A stretch of DNA of 62,672 bases, filler included, from Aduncisulcus paluster (taxonomy: Eukaryota): the NCBI GenBank assembly GCA_024181965.1. It is 3 parts of 3 records of this genome, joined end to end, with 100 filler letters (N's around TTAATTAATTAA, not from the genome) between each part and the next. Parts side by side here need not be neighbours in the genome. Positions count along the whole stretch, not along the records: positions 19,940 to 41,822 come from BQXS01012633.1; 2 more parts are not named here. One strand, given 5' to 3'. The notes under the pieces were generated by a model that ran no database searches, was not told where the DNA came from, and worked only from the letters and a program-made list of their open reading frames with translations. Position numbers and translations under genes: made by a program. Positions 25,590 through 37,400 of this stretch are shown here, one piece after another. Within the stretch, counting starts at the first letter, position 1; each line of letters begins with the position of its first letter.

Positions 25590-26130
25590 AATTGACCAAC
25601 TTCTAATGTCTTTCGAATTTTCTATATATTTAATTATATATTATTATTTCTTTTTTCAATTATTCTCATATAATTGCAACTCATCTATGATTATTTGTCT
25701 TTTATGTGATGTATTCTTTCCTCGTTTTCTCTTGGCTCTCATTTAGTTCTTTTACAATCCTTTTTTCATTCTTTTTTAAGTAGTTATGTTGACATAACAA
25801 CATTCTGAATAGGTATATATCCATCATTATCATCATTCTTTGTGAGATTGGCTTTTGTTTTCAAATAATTCACTTCTATATGAAGTGATTTTAATATCAT
25901 GAGTTTTCTCGAAAACCTTTGCATGCTCTTCCTGTTTTTTCTATTCATTATTATTTTTTTCTTATTTTTGATATTTTATAAATAAAATTCATGTTCATAT
26001 TTTTGTACTCGAACGTCATTATCAGTTTTATCACCTTTCCTGCCTTTTCACACTGTTTAGAACATATATATTGTTATAAATAATTCAATCATTTGGTTTA
26101 TAGCTATATTTTAATCTTATTTTTATTATT

Positions 26131-26718
26131 ATGAGTGGTTCAGAGGGTGAAAAAACAATGGATATTGGGAAAGGCCAATTAGAAAAAGAACCTGCCAGAT
26201 CAAAACTTATTTCTCTTCTAAAACAAGGATTTCCATCCGATTCATGTTCATTTCGATATATTCGACGATATGATCAAGCAGAAGCACTTTGTCACCATTC
26301 AAGGCATCCTCTCTCGAAATATTGTCTTAAACATATATTATCTGATCCATCGCAACTATTATATAGACCATGTTGTTGTGTTATGTCCCAATTACCCCCC
26401 ATTTTATTGGATGAGAAAGCTCATGTACCCCTTACTCTTTCTTTGTGTGGATTGCCTGCATCAACTCTTTTCTCGCCACCAATATGCACTAAATGTTATT
26501 TAAACATCGTTGAGGGATATGAGAAAGATATTATATGGAAAAATAGGATTCTCAGAATTTCGAAGGGAAAGGCAAAATCTGATCCTCTTCTTGTAAAGTC
26601 AAGCAAAGATTTCCATGAGAAACCAATCGTAACATTTGCCAACAGTATATATGAACATGGTTCTTTGGTTGTAGATCAATTTCCCGAATCCTGTTCACAA
26701 ATCCATTCCCAAAAATAG
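26131..26718 (+). CDS. Hypothetical Cys/His-rich protein; possibly spliced onward (intron ~26668/26671-26759)
   Basis: ATG ORF of 195 aa containing CHHSRH, PCCCV and CTKC. A phase-0 GT...TTAAATAG intron would continue it as KTISQDSISDNYSAAESDSESSA. Confidence 0.6.
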   Translation: MSGSEGEKTMDIGKGQLEKEPARSKLISLLKQGFPSDSCSFRYIRRYDQAEALCHHSRHPLSKYCLKHILSDPSQLLYRPCCCVMSQLPPILLDEKAHVPLTLSLCGLPASTLFSPPICTKCYLNIVEGYEKDIIWKNRILRISKGKAKSDPLLVKSSKDFHEKPIVTFANSIYEHGSLVVDQFPESCSQIHSQK

Positions 26719-26791
26719 ACCAAGGAGAACTATTCAAAAATGATTTATTAATTAAATAGAAAACCATATCACAAGATAGTATCTCAGATAA

Positions 26792-27901
26792 TTATTCAGC
26801 AGCTGAATCTGATTCAGAATCATCTGCAATGGTTTCCTCTGGCATAGTAAATACAAGGGAGTTAATAATGAAACTTCGACAATTCTTTTCTCTCCACCTT
26901 CCTTTCCCTTCAATCTCACACAATACAACATTATCCAAATCAATAGGAAGGAAGTGCCATTCATATTCTTGATGTTCAAGTTCTGTGAAATCATACTTCT
27001 TGGATGTCTTCTTACCATCACAATCAGTGAAAGTGAAGAGAAGGATTGGTGAACTGCCATAGTCACTCATACAGATATAAACACCTTTCATAGGACTATG
27101 TGATGGGAAAGGGATGGAAAGATGGGATAATTCAACACTACATTCCCCTTTTAACATTCTTTGTGCATCTGAACTCTGATCATACTTCTCAGATTCCTTA
27201 CGATACGAATCATTCTTGCACTTAACCACTGAGAATGAAGGATCAACAACCTTTGGATCATCACGTGGAATAGGAATAGAATCTCTACCTCGAGATGTAT
27301 AATCTCCGTCCTTAACAAACTCTGCTTTCACAACTGGAGCTTCAGACCATAATTTCTCTTTGGCTTCACGGGCTTTGATTTCTTCAGGAGTTTCTTCTCT
27401 ACTAATGAAAACAAGTGATTTGATTTCAAAATACTCTTTATATCTTCCTTTCCCTGTAATCTCACACAGAACAACATCAGGGAGATCAACAGGAAGGAAA
27501 AACCAAAGAAAGCCTTTAAATTCAATAAATTCGTATTTCTTGGATGTTTTCTCACCCTTTGAAGATGTGAGAGTGAAGATAAGATGTGATGGAGGTGAAG
27601 AATAATGCCATAGACAGATATAAGCACCTTTCATTGGGGAAGATGAGGAGAAAGGAATGGAGATATGGGTAAATAGTCCTCTACTGCCCCCTCCTTTTAT
27701 CATATCTTGTGCTTTAGAACTCTGATCGTACTTTTTATCACCTTCTTCCTTGGTTCCATCTATTGCTTTGATAGTTGGAAGCTCTGCACTCTTAATATTG
27801 GGGACATCGAGGGGAATTGGATAACAAGAAGAATCTCCTTTATGAATAAACTCAGGCTCCACGATTTGTGTTGGTAATTCTGCACAAACTTCAAAACTCA
27901 T
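26792..27901 (-). CDS. Orphan jelly-roll (DOC/APC10-like) family protein, 2 tandem modules, intronless
   Basis: Two internal repeats: EF.(H/K).GD...PIP.D.P...QxMxKG...HxSIPF.S.SPMKG.YIC...P..L.FT.T...G.KTSKKY.F...W.FLP.DL..VVLCEI.GKG...I.SLVF. Confidence 0.85.
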   Translation of the reverse strand: MSFEVCAELPTQIVEPEFIHKGDSSCYPIPLDVPNIKSAELPTIKAIDGTKEEGDKKYDQSSKAQDMIKGGGSRGLFTHISIPFSSSSPMKGAYICLWHYSSPPSHLIFTLTSSKGEKTSKKYEFIEFKGFLWFFLPVDLPDVVLCEITGKGRYKEYFEIKSLVFISREETPEEIKAREAKEKLWSEAPVVKAEFVKDGDYTSRGRDSIPIPRDDPKVVDPSFSVVKCKNDSYRKESEKYDQSSDAQRMLKGECSVELSHLSIPFPSHSPMKGVYICMSDYGSSPILLFTFTDCDGKKTSKKYDFTELEHQEYEWHFLPIDLDNVVLCEIEGKGRWREKNCRSFIINSLVFTMPEETIADDSESDSAAE

Positions 27902-29412
27902 TGGCTATCTACGATTTTTTGGTAAATTTTTTTTTTGGATAGAAAGTGTCGTGGACAGTTACAAAACCACAAGAAAATGTGTAAAATCGTAAGATCAGTT
28001 AGAAATCAATACAATTATAATAAGGAATAATAGGTATAACAAATATAATAAGAAAACAATAATCAACCTACACCAGTAAGCTTCACTTGAGACAAACGAA
28101 TCATGGAATAACTAATGGAACAAAAAGAACATACAAAACAAAATATTAATACTTTTGACACTATCTCACACCCGTTGAGCAGAAAATGGTAAAGAATATC
28201 CGATTTGTTACCGAATAGCACCAAACCACAACCAAAAACAAACGAAACGTTCAAAATCGATTCTGTGACATCAATGATTATAAGATGTTTATCTTCATGC
28301 ATGGAAAAAACACTCATGATTGAATTCTAACCAATAAAATAATATAGTTGTCTGTTTCAATGGATATCAATAATGTCACACAAAACCTTATTGATCAGCT
28401 TTAAGAAGCTCTTGGGGGTTGAATAATCAAGAAATTTTATTTGTGACATAGACCAGAATTTTAAGATGCATGTTATTTCCATGGAAGAAGAGATAATCGG
28501 AGTTTTTATTAGGAATCTATTTTTTTACATGAAAATATTGACAAATTTGCAGACTATTGGGGCTGAAGTCTACAAAATAACTAAGTAATACTTTGCGCAA
28601 CTTATTATCATATAGAATTTGAGAATAATATATCTACTCGGATGGCTGCGTATGTCAGAATGTCTATTTTTGGAAGATAAATCGGATAGCATTCACGAAG
28701 TATTCGAAACTTCGGTGGAATGAAAAAATAAATAAGAGGGTTATATTAAAAAAAACAATACCGATTTGACTCCAAAAAGTAGGGAATATTAGATAAAAAC
28801 AAAAAAAAGCACGAAAGCAAGGATAAAAAGAGGGGGAAAGGAAGGAAAATGTAGATCAATCAATTTGATTATTTTAAAATCAAATAAATAAAAAGAAAAG
28901 AAACCACAGATTAATTTCATTGACAATATTATTATTCACCATTGATGTGAATGGAAGAATCAAGGTTAATATGCCCCTAAAATTAGAATAATCACTGAGA
29001 AGATCTATTTAAGGTGAGAAAGTAAAGGAAATCAGAAGAATCAAACTCAAAAGAACATCTGAAAAAAAATATAGAGAAAAAAAATAAAAAATAAAAATAA
29101 CAACCCTTATAGTTTAGCCAATACTGGCTGAGTTTTGATTACGTCTTAATCATTAAGATGTGTGTGGATTTTCTATGAGAATCATGATATTGATAATCTC
29201 GAGTTGTGAGTTTGAAAAATGAAGAATAGATATAAACGAAGGCACCAATATTACTGTCTATACAAATAACTGACCTTGAATATTTTGAATTTTGATGGAT
29301 AGAGGGTGGAAAACAGAATAATGATATAATATAATATAAATTAACGTATATTGATATAATTTGAGCAATCAAAGGAGGAATTAGATTATAAATAATAAAA
29401 ACTTAATTATTG

Positions 29413-32400
29413 TTACAGCTTGTGGAGGGTTCCGCAGAGCCTTAGAGCCCCAAATAATCCCCAGGTATCTCCAGACCAGGTACTGTGGCATGATAACGTG
29501 CATCGGACAACGTTCTTTATCTCAAAGGGAATGAGGAACCATTTCCACTGATGCTGGTGACTCTTAATGGAGTGAGATGAAGATGTTATTGAGATCGAAG
29601 GTGACATTTGAGGAATGATGCACTTTATATTCGCACCCACACCATCAGAATCATGGTCAGATGTGTTGAAGGAGAGCATAATGTCCTTGGGTTGATCGTC
29701 TGAAGCTCGAATACATATATGTACACCAAATATATCACATTTATGCAATAGTGGAATAGAGAGAGTGAGAATGTTGAGGCCTATATTTCCAGATAAGAAG
29801 AGAGGAATCATAAGTTCCGAAGATATTGTGGATCTGTCAAGCATAAAAGGAGTGAGTAAAGAAGAAGAAGGCCGCATGATAAGATGGGATGAAGGGGAAT
29901 GAGCAGATATGAGTTCGACGAGTTCTGGGTGTTCCTCAAGATCTTCGAGCATGATTTGACAACGTTTCTGGTCTTCTAACCCTCCTGAACCATGGAGGAA
30001 TGTGCCAGATATATTGGAAACGTCAATAATTGAGATGATAGAATACTGAGGATCGGATGGATTCGAAAGAGGGGCAGGCGTGGAATCAATGGGGAAAAAT
30101 CTGTCAGTTCCGTATAGACTTGGGATGGCAGGGATAACATCGGGTACAGAAGGACAAGAAGATGTTTTGGCTTCGATAATATGTCTTCTCATGGTATCTT
30201 CTTCGTTAGACACAACAAATCTGATCTGTTCGATGCGACCGCCGAGCTTGTCATTCCAACTGCTCTTACATGAGAGTCTTATCTTTGTAATACGGCTATC
30301 GGAGCTACTTCCTTTGCCTTGGCTTTGATCGCTTGAATGGACATCTGAGATGATATCATGAAGAGAGAGCGAGTGCCATTCACATTCTCCATACTCACAA
30401 CGGCTGAGCTGGAAGACTTTTCTCCGATCTTTGACAGAGAATTCAAGAGGTGGTTGAAGTGATTTAGCACCAGGAATTGGACTACAATCAACCTCATCAG
30501 GATCACTAACGGTTGTACCGATGGATGATGGAGATTGCCTTATTTCTCCGGTAATATCGCCGGTTGTTTCCGTCCCAACATCAGACTTACTGTCTGAGTG
30601 TTCGGTTGAGGTTGTGTCTTCACTCCACATTGGAATATGGTGTGCCCGAGGAGTGGTTGAAAGTGAGAAAGATGACTCTGAAATGGCACCAAGCGTGACT
30701 TCTGATGCTCTTCTGAGAGAATCGTCATAAGAGAATGCTTCCTCAACCCATATTCTCACTTCCACTTCCTTGGCTTGTTGCGGAATTCCTCGGACACACA
30801 GGAGAATAGAGGAGAGTTGGTGCGGTTGAGCAAACTCGAACTCAATATCATATATCGAAATGGCACAGATTCCTTTCAAAAACTTGGATAATAAGGTGTT
30901 TTGAATTGATTTCTTTTCTTCTTCTTGCTTGACACCAAGTTGTCCGGACAATTTGTTGCGATGGAACTGATCTGTTGAAGCTGGGGCCATAGACTCTTGT
31001 GTATCATAAGTATCTCCTTGCTGTGTCTCAAAAAACATATTGGCTTGGATTTGATGGTAAGGAATATCTCTGAACTGGTGATAATTGTGATGAAAATCAA
31101 ACTTGGGAATCTTTGAATCTGTATCAATATCATAATATTGGAGAATTCGAGAGGAATTGAATGGTATTGGACTCATAAATGGCTCGCTACTCTTCTTCAA
31201 AACAATCGACGGATGCATTGACTTCATACGAATTAGTTCCATACGTCTTTGCTTGAGCAGAGATTGCTGTTCTTCCTCAGTGAGTTCTCCACAGTGGAAT
31301 CTCACTGCCCACAGACGACTCCAATCGGCACCACCCCACGATTCCTCACAAATGAACTCACATTTGTCAACCCCATTGATGCATATCGATATCTCGTGCC
31401 ACTGGAGGGATCCTACCTCCATTTTATCAATGAAACAGCGTTTACGGACAATCCTACCATCGAATGTATGGAATAAGAAGACTACTTTTTTTGGTTGATC
31501 GTCGTTTCCAAATCCTCTAATCTGAACGCAGTCAATGAAATGTCCATTGGAAGTAGGCATAAATGGCAATGTCATCAGATGGAAATTAACAGCTCCACTC
31601 TCCTCAGTAAGTCCATAGAGAGATGAGGCTCCGGCAGCACGTGAAGCAGAGACATACGAGGCCTTAGCCTTATCGACAGGGACATATTCTTGCAGAGAGT
31701 ACTCACCGGGAGGCTCAATAAAGTGTGAATGGAATGTGGTATCTACTCTGGTCAGACGAGGGGAAGGGGGAGCGGTGAGAGCAGCTTCAAACGACATCTC
31801 AGACGATCCACCTTCTTTCGCCAGCATAGAAAGTAAAGCTGCAGACTTCGCAAGGGAGAGACGTCCAGTGGATGATCTTGAACTAAGGGAATGACGGGAG
31901 GAGGAGGAAGGTCCATGGCCGCCTGAGGAACGAGATGAGAATGTGCCGATCAATGAGGAGGAACGGCTGAGAGAAACATAGGAAGACGAGCGAACCATTC
32001 CACGTAATTTGCCCCAATAATTCGAGTTCTTGTTGTTGGCAGCGAGGGAAGAAAGCTTCAGTGAGGACAAAGGTTTATGTTCATGAGAAACAGAAGAATC
32101 TTTATGAATAGGAATATCTCCAATTTTAGAATCGGTGTCGGTATCACCATCGGTGTGGGATTGAGTAGTATCCGAGGAATAAGAAGAAGAACCTGAGGAA
32201 GAGGAGGCATCGTGAAAATAAGGTACTAAGCCACTCTTTTTAATCTGTGATTTTTCAGTGACAACTCGAGAAGAAGAATCAGTTTCAGAAGAAGATGAAG
32301 AGGCTATGGATAAAGAACCAGACAAAGACAATCCAAAAGGTCTAATTTTAGACAATTCCTCTTCTTTTTCTGATGCTGGTTCTTCCTTCTTTCGATAACG

Positions 32401-34128
32401 TTGTTGTGAACAATGTTTTCTCATGTTATCTTGTATGTTTAATATGACTTTCTCAGTCAATGTTTTGGGATCTATCAGAATTCGAATACCTTGGAGTTCT
32501 GCCCAATCGTTACCAACTTTAGATCGGATACATTTAATCTCACACCGAACAACTTTATCCACACCGATATTCTTCCCGTGTTGATCGGTGAGAACAAGTT
32601 GATGCCACTGAGGAGTAGATTTTGAGAAACATTTCAGTTGAAAACTCTTGACTACTTTTTCTCCGTCTTGAGTGACTAGAACACAGTCAATTTGTTCAGG
32701 ATGGAACATTTTGTTGATGGAACAGACGTGAATTTCAGTCACAGTGGCCGAACAAGGAAGAGATACTGATAGATTCCGGAATAAGATGCCACCCTGATCC
32801 CTAAGGAAACTCTTAGCGTGCATTATTGTGCAACCACCTGCTAAAATGGAATTCCTAATGTCAAACGAAGGGTTAACAGAAGACATAGAATACAATGGAA
32901 GAGAAGGATTCGTTCTATCTCCATCTTTGATAAACACAGACCGAGATAAGTGACGATCTCGATAGCGATTACCCTTGATGAGTTTCTGGGATTCTGAAAT
33001 ACCATAAATGACTGCAATAGAGTGGAAAAAACAATTGAGTGGTTCTGTATCGGTTTCTACAGAGCTGTCAGATGGTGATAGAGTAATATCTGTACGTTTT
33101 CCCTTTTCTCCTTTCTCTTTCTGATGATCTTTGGAAGTAATATCACCTTTGTCTCTTGAATCTTCTATTGGCCATGAAGATATGCATCGTACATCACATT
33201 TGGTGACGTTATGAATATCTTCACAGGGGAGAATGTGCATTTCTTGCGAATGCATCTGTAAAACGTTGAATTGTTTAAAGATAGGCGAGGATTTATGTCT
33301 GTGGAATGTTATATCGATGTGTTTTGGCTGTCGTTGGGCTCCAGTTGAAGAGATAAGGAGACCTCCGACGGTACAGGGATGGACAAGAGGTATAGAGAGG
33401 ATGGAGAAATTGAGATCATCAAGTCGAGCAATGAATCGAAAGATATGCTTCGAGATATGGGTGTCTGATTGGATGGAACCACGGCAGGACATCTCATCAA
33501 TCGGACAAAACGGCAATGAACAGGTCCTGTCAACTTTCTTACTGGAAATAGTCGAAGATAAGGAGGAAGGGGGTAAATTAAGTTTTCGAATGCATACACT
33601 GGGTGTTCTGAGTCTATTTTCAAGCTCTATTCCTCCAATAATAGGCAGAATTGATGATATCCTACATAATCTACGAGTAGATTCACCCCATATCTCTCGA
33701 CAAATTAAATCGCATCGAACAACATTATCAAGATCGATTGACAGGGAATGCCACTCACTATTTTCGATTTGGGGGAATGAAAACTCTTTTGGAACCATTT
33801 TACCATCAATTCGGTGAAGAACAATACCTATTTTCTTGGGCTGAAGGTTTCCAGGATGAATAGCCACAAAAAGTTTATCAATAAAATGTGATTCAGTGAA
33901 TGGAAGAGATAAATATGAAAAATAAAAATCGGCAGAACCAGAGAGAAATTTCTGAAGACCAGATTGAGTGCTCTCTTTTCCAAATCTTCCTCCACCTGCA
34001 GAAGAATTGAATTTTACAATCCTAACGTCCGAGGAAGGGAATGGAGGTTTTGATCTGTCACCTTTTTGGAGAAATGAACTTGGAATACAGTCACCAGTAA
34101 AAGTAATCGCACTGGAACAAGTACCCAT
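29413..34128 (-). CDS. 1571-aa orphan jelly-roll family protein, about 6 modules plus a Ser-rich linker, predicted N-myristoylated and palmitoylated
   Basis: Starts MGTCSS (MGxxxS with Cys4). The module FL.G...F..LS.PF.....I..(L/I)..C......QPK.I...F...DG..V.K.F......W..L.I..V..C.(L/I).C...WG recurs about six times. Confidence 0.85.
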   Translation of the reverse strand: MGTCSSAITFTGDCIPSSFLQKGDRSKPPFPSSDVRIVKFNSSAGGGRFGKESTQSGLQKFLSGSADFYFSYLSLPFTESHFIDKLFVAIHPGNLQPKKIGIVLHRIDGKMVPKEFSFPQIENSEWHSLSIDLDNVVRCDLICREIWGESTRRLCRISSILPIIGGIELENRLRTPSVCIRKLNLPPSSLSSTISSKKVDRTCSLPFCPIDEMSCRGSIQSDTHISKHIFRFIARLDDLNFSILSIPLVHPCTVGGLLISSTGAQRQPKHIDITFHRHKSSPIFKQFNVLQMHSQEMHILPCEDIHNVTKCDVRCISSWPIEDSRDKGDITSKDHQKEKGEKGKRTDITLSPSDSSVETDTEPLNCFFHSIAVIYGISESQKLIKGNRYRDRHLSRSVFIKDGDRTNPSLPLYSMSSVNPSFDIRNSILAGGCTIMHAKSFLRDQGGILFRNLSVSLPCSATVTEIHVCSINKMFHPEQIDCVLVTQDGEKVVKSFQLKCFSKSTPQWHQLVLTDQHGKNIGVDKVVRCEIKCIRSKVGNDWAELQGIRILIDPKTLTEKVILNIQDNMRKHCSQQRYRKKEEPASEKEEELSKIRPFGLSLSGSLSIASSSSSETDSSSRVVTEKSQIKKSGLVPYFHDASSSSGSSSYSSDTTQSHTDGDTDTDSKIGDIPIHKDSSVSHEHKPLSSLKLSSLAANNKNSNYWGKLRGMVRSSSYVSLSRSSSLIGTFSSRSSGGHGPSSSSRHSLSSRSSTGRLSLAKSAALLSMLAKEGGSSEMSFEAALTAPPSPRLTRVDTTFHSHFIEPPGEYSLQEYVPVDKAKASYVSASRAAGASSLYGLTEESGAVNFHLMTLPFMPTSNGHFIDCVQIRGFGNDDQPKKVVFLFHTFDGRIVRKRCFIDKMEVGSLQWHEISICINGVDKCEFICEESWGGADWSRLWAVRFHCGELTEEEQQSLLKQRRMELIRMKSMHPSIVLKKSSEPFMSPIPFNSSRILQYYDIDTDSKIPKFDFHHNYHQFRDIPYHQIQANMFFETQQGDTYDTQESMAPASTDQFHRNKLSGQLGVKQEEEKKSIQNTLLSKFLKGICAISIYDIEFEFAQPHQLSSILLCVRGIPQQAKEVEVRIWVEEAFSYDDSLRRASEVTLGAISESSFSLSTTPRAHHIPMWSEDTTSTEHSDSKSDVGTETTGDITGEIRQSPSSIGTTVSDPDEVDCSPIPGAKSLQPPLEFSVKDRRKVFQLSRCEYGECEWHSLSLHDIISDVHSSDQSQGKGSSSDSRITKIRLSCKSSWNDKLGGRIEQIRFVVSNEEDTMRRHIIEAKTSSCPSVPDVIPAIPSLYGTDRFFPIDSTPAPLSNPSDPQYSIISIIDVSNISGTFLHGSGGLEDQKRCQIMLEDLEEHPELVELISAHSPSSHLIMRPSSSLLTPFMLDRSTISSELMIPLFLSGNIGLNILTLSIPLLHKCDIFGVHICIRASDDQPKDIMLSFNTSDHDSDGVGANIKCIIPQMSPSISITSSSHSIKSHQHQWKWFLIPFEIKNVVRCTLSCHSTWSGDTWGLFGALRLCGTLHKL

Positions 34129-34464
34129 TTAATAAGCAATTCAAATTACAAAAATATTAATAAAATCGATATAATAAATTGCAAATATCTTAAAAACAAC
34201 AGAATAAATAATGATTCGACAAATTATCACAACATAACTATAAATCTGAAATTATTTTACATACAAATTGGCTAAGGTAGAATATAAAAGAAAAAAAATA
34301 TGAAAAATCGAATCAAATCTTTTTTTATACACCAAATCAGGAAAATTTTAAAAAATAATACATTTAGCAATAACACACGGAATATTCATCAAAGAATTCT
34401 TTTATTCGGGAAATTTATTAATTTTTTATAAGATGGAAATGGCTGGAGAATTGAGATAAACGAC

Positions 34465-37400
34465 TCACATCAAATGTTTACGAATGGCTTCCACTTGCTT
34501 TTCTGAAAGACCGAATGCCTTCACCTCGACCATTCCTTCGATTTTCTCTCCCTTCTTCTTTCCTTTCCCCTTCAGAGCGATCTTCTTGTTGGCAATTACG
34601 ACCTTCCTCTTCTTCTCACCGGTTTCGGCCGTAGCTTCCGACACAACACGTTCAATCTCAGTCAAATCGACAGCTTCTTCAACACCGAGGATATACATGA
34701 AGTTGAGTCCGATGAAACACACGGCGGTATTCTTTTCTTTGAGCATGGGAGCATACGAAGGGAGGGTGGATATGTACAGGGTCGGCTTGTCTTCAGAGGT
34801 CTCATAAACACGGATTCCTTTGTCAACAGGGGCTTCTTGCACAAGGGACATACGGAGCTTGAGGAGTTCGTCCGTCAGATCTCCAATTTCTTTTGTCATG
34901 CGTTTGTATCCTGAGAAGAACTTTGAAGCAGTCTTAACAATTTCACTTTCTTCAACCGTCCAGTCCTTTTTGAGGGACTCCAAGACGTGACTCTGGTTAG
35001 CAGTGAATCTGAGAGCAGCCTCCCCAGCCTTAAAGTGAATACGAACAACACCATCACTGACCCTGTGACTGTTGACAATACGAACATATCCAATTTCGGA
35101 GGTATTGTCAAGATGGGTTCCACAACAAGCCTCAACATCAATGCCATCTCCAACGTTGACAACACGAACAGTGGACCCAGGCACGACTCCTCCTTGGTAG
35201 AGGGTGAAGCCGTAGGCCTTCTCAGCGTTTTCTTTGCGCATATTGGTCTTTGTAATGGAGAGTGATTGGCGGATAAGTTGGTTGACACGACGCTCGATCT
35301 GCTGTTCCTCTTCAAATGTGAGACCCTTGAAGTGGGTAATGTCAAGATGGGCAATATCTTCATCCTTTTTGGCTCCCTGTTGCCATATATGGGGTCCCAA
35401 GACATCCTTGGAGGCACGGGAGACAAGGTGGGCAGCGGAGTGGTGTTGGGCAAGCTGCAGACGTCTGGCAGCATCAATCTTTCCTTTCACTGGGATTCCA
35501 ATGACACTTGATGGATCACACTCGGCAGAAGAGAGAGCCTTCAGGGGTTTATCGAGTTTGTGGAACACGACAGAACCAACATTGAAAGCGTCAATGACAT
35601 TGTAAATCTCACCATCTATCACAAGGGTAGCATTGTCATGTTGTTGGCCTCCACTTGTGGGATATACACATGAGGATTCAAGGGCAATAAGAGACCAAAG
35701 TGAAGGTTTAGAGATGGGAGTAGACTCCTTCTCAACCTCCTCTCCTTTCTTCCCTTTCTTTCCATCCTTTTTCCCGTCTGCCTTCTTGACCTCTCTGACA
35801 TCCTCGAAGATAGCAACGATCTTGCTCTCCCACTCGAACTGACTCTGAACAGTCTCATATATCTTCTCAGTGGGCACCATGGTAGTGGTCTCCCACAGTT
35901 GAGTTGGGGGAGGCTTGGCACTTCTCTCTTCACGCTCAGAGATCTCACGGAACAGCATGTCAGGGACCTTCTGGGCAGTGAGTGAACTGACAGTTTCAGC
36001 ATCAATTCCCCATGATGTGATGATTGTGATCCAGTCCTCAAGGGTGAGAACACCATCTTTCCTCTTCTTACACATTCTCAGGAGCTTGGAACGTGACTCA
36101 GCCTCGGATTTGTGGTACCTATCGTATTCTAGAGCAATGATAGCGGGAAGAGACTCGTTAATTGTCATGGATCCGTGAAGTTTCTCAAGGTCAATGAAAT
36201 GGCATTTCATAAGTTCAATAACACCGTCAACACCACCGATGGCCTCGAACCACCCACGTCTGTGAAGGATGGCAAAGGAACGACGGAGGATGGAACGGAG
36301 ATTGCTTCCGCCACCAACGTTGGAAGGTAATGAACCGTCAGTGATAGCAACACAGAGCGATCTGAGGTGGTCAAGGATAACGTACATATCCCTAACAGGC
36401 TCAATGGAATCTCTGAGTTCCTTGACATCAATGGTAACCTCCTTACCTGTTTCGAGCGATTCTTTCTCAGCAATGACAGAGGCAACGTGTTTCCAGGTCT
36501 CGTCAATGTCATCGACTTCGTCAATGTTAAGAAGACAAGAAGCCTCGCCGAAACGCTGCCACATCTCATTAACACACTCAATACCATCAACACGATCAGT
36601 AAAATACTTGAGGGCTGTTGGGAATGCATCGACGTAACTTGTGACGCTTCCGTTGATCAACCATGGAATACGTTCGAGACCAATTCCAACATCAATAACC
36701 TGTACGTCGAGAGGAGTACGAGAACCATCGGGACCAACACGGAACTGCATAAAGACCATGTTTCCAACCTCAAGACCATTGATAAAGTATTCGACACAGG
36801 GTCCAAGGTTTCCTCCACCAGCCCAAACATCCTCAATCAAAGTAATTTCATCGGGATCAATTTTGAGGTAATTAATAAGCCAATTAAGGTTAAATTCAAC
36901 ACATTCTTCCTTGAAATAAACAAATTTATCCTTAGTATTAAACACTTGAATACCCAACATATTAAAACCACTGTAATGACGGCCAGAAAGACCAATTGAA
37001 TCAAGATCGTTAAATCTTAAACAGAATTGTGGGCAAATAAGAGGATTGGCAGGAGGAGGAACCTCACCGGTCACACAAAAAGGCTGGAAGCAGAAGATAC
37101 CAGCAGCAACATATGGAACATCATTACGCCATCTAGCAACAACAGGATAACGCTTGATAGCAGTGTGTGGGATACGAGCTCCCTCAAAAGCTTCTTTAAA
37201 TGTACCCCAGGCATCAGGAATACTGATCTTTTTGGCACCTTCTCCACGACCAATCCCAGTTCCACGGCCAATAAACTTGTATTTCCCAACACATGAAGAG
37301 TCTCCACATGTGTCTTGTTTCTCAGAATGACGCCAGTAGAAATGACCACACTTTGGACATTGATGACGGTGGAAGCCAAAAGTCTTAAATACTTCAACTG

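Noticed and set aside
28389..28425. SECIS element
   Set aside because: No proper AUGA/GA quartet with a 9-11 bp helix, and no upstream in-frame UGA gene on that strand.
34380..34470. Terminal intron in AlaRS (AT|GTGAGT overlapping the stop codon)
   Set aside because: The donor looks good, but candidate acceptors add only a few residues; it cannot be resolved without RNA data.
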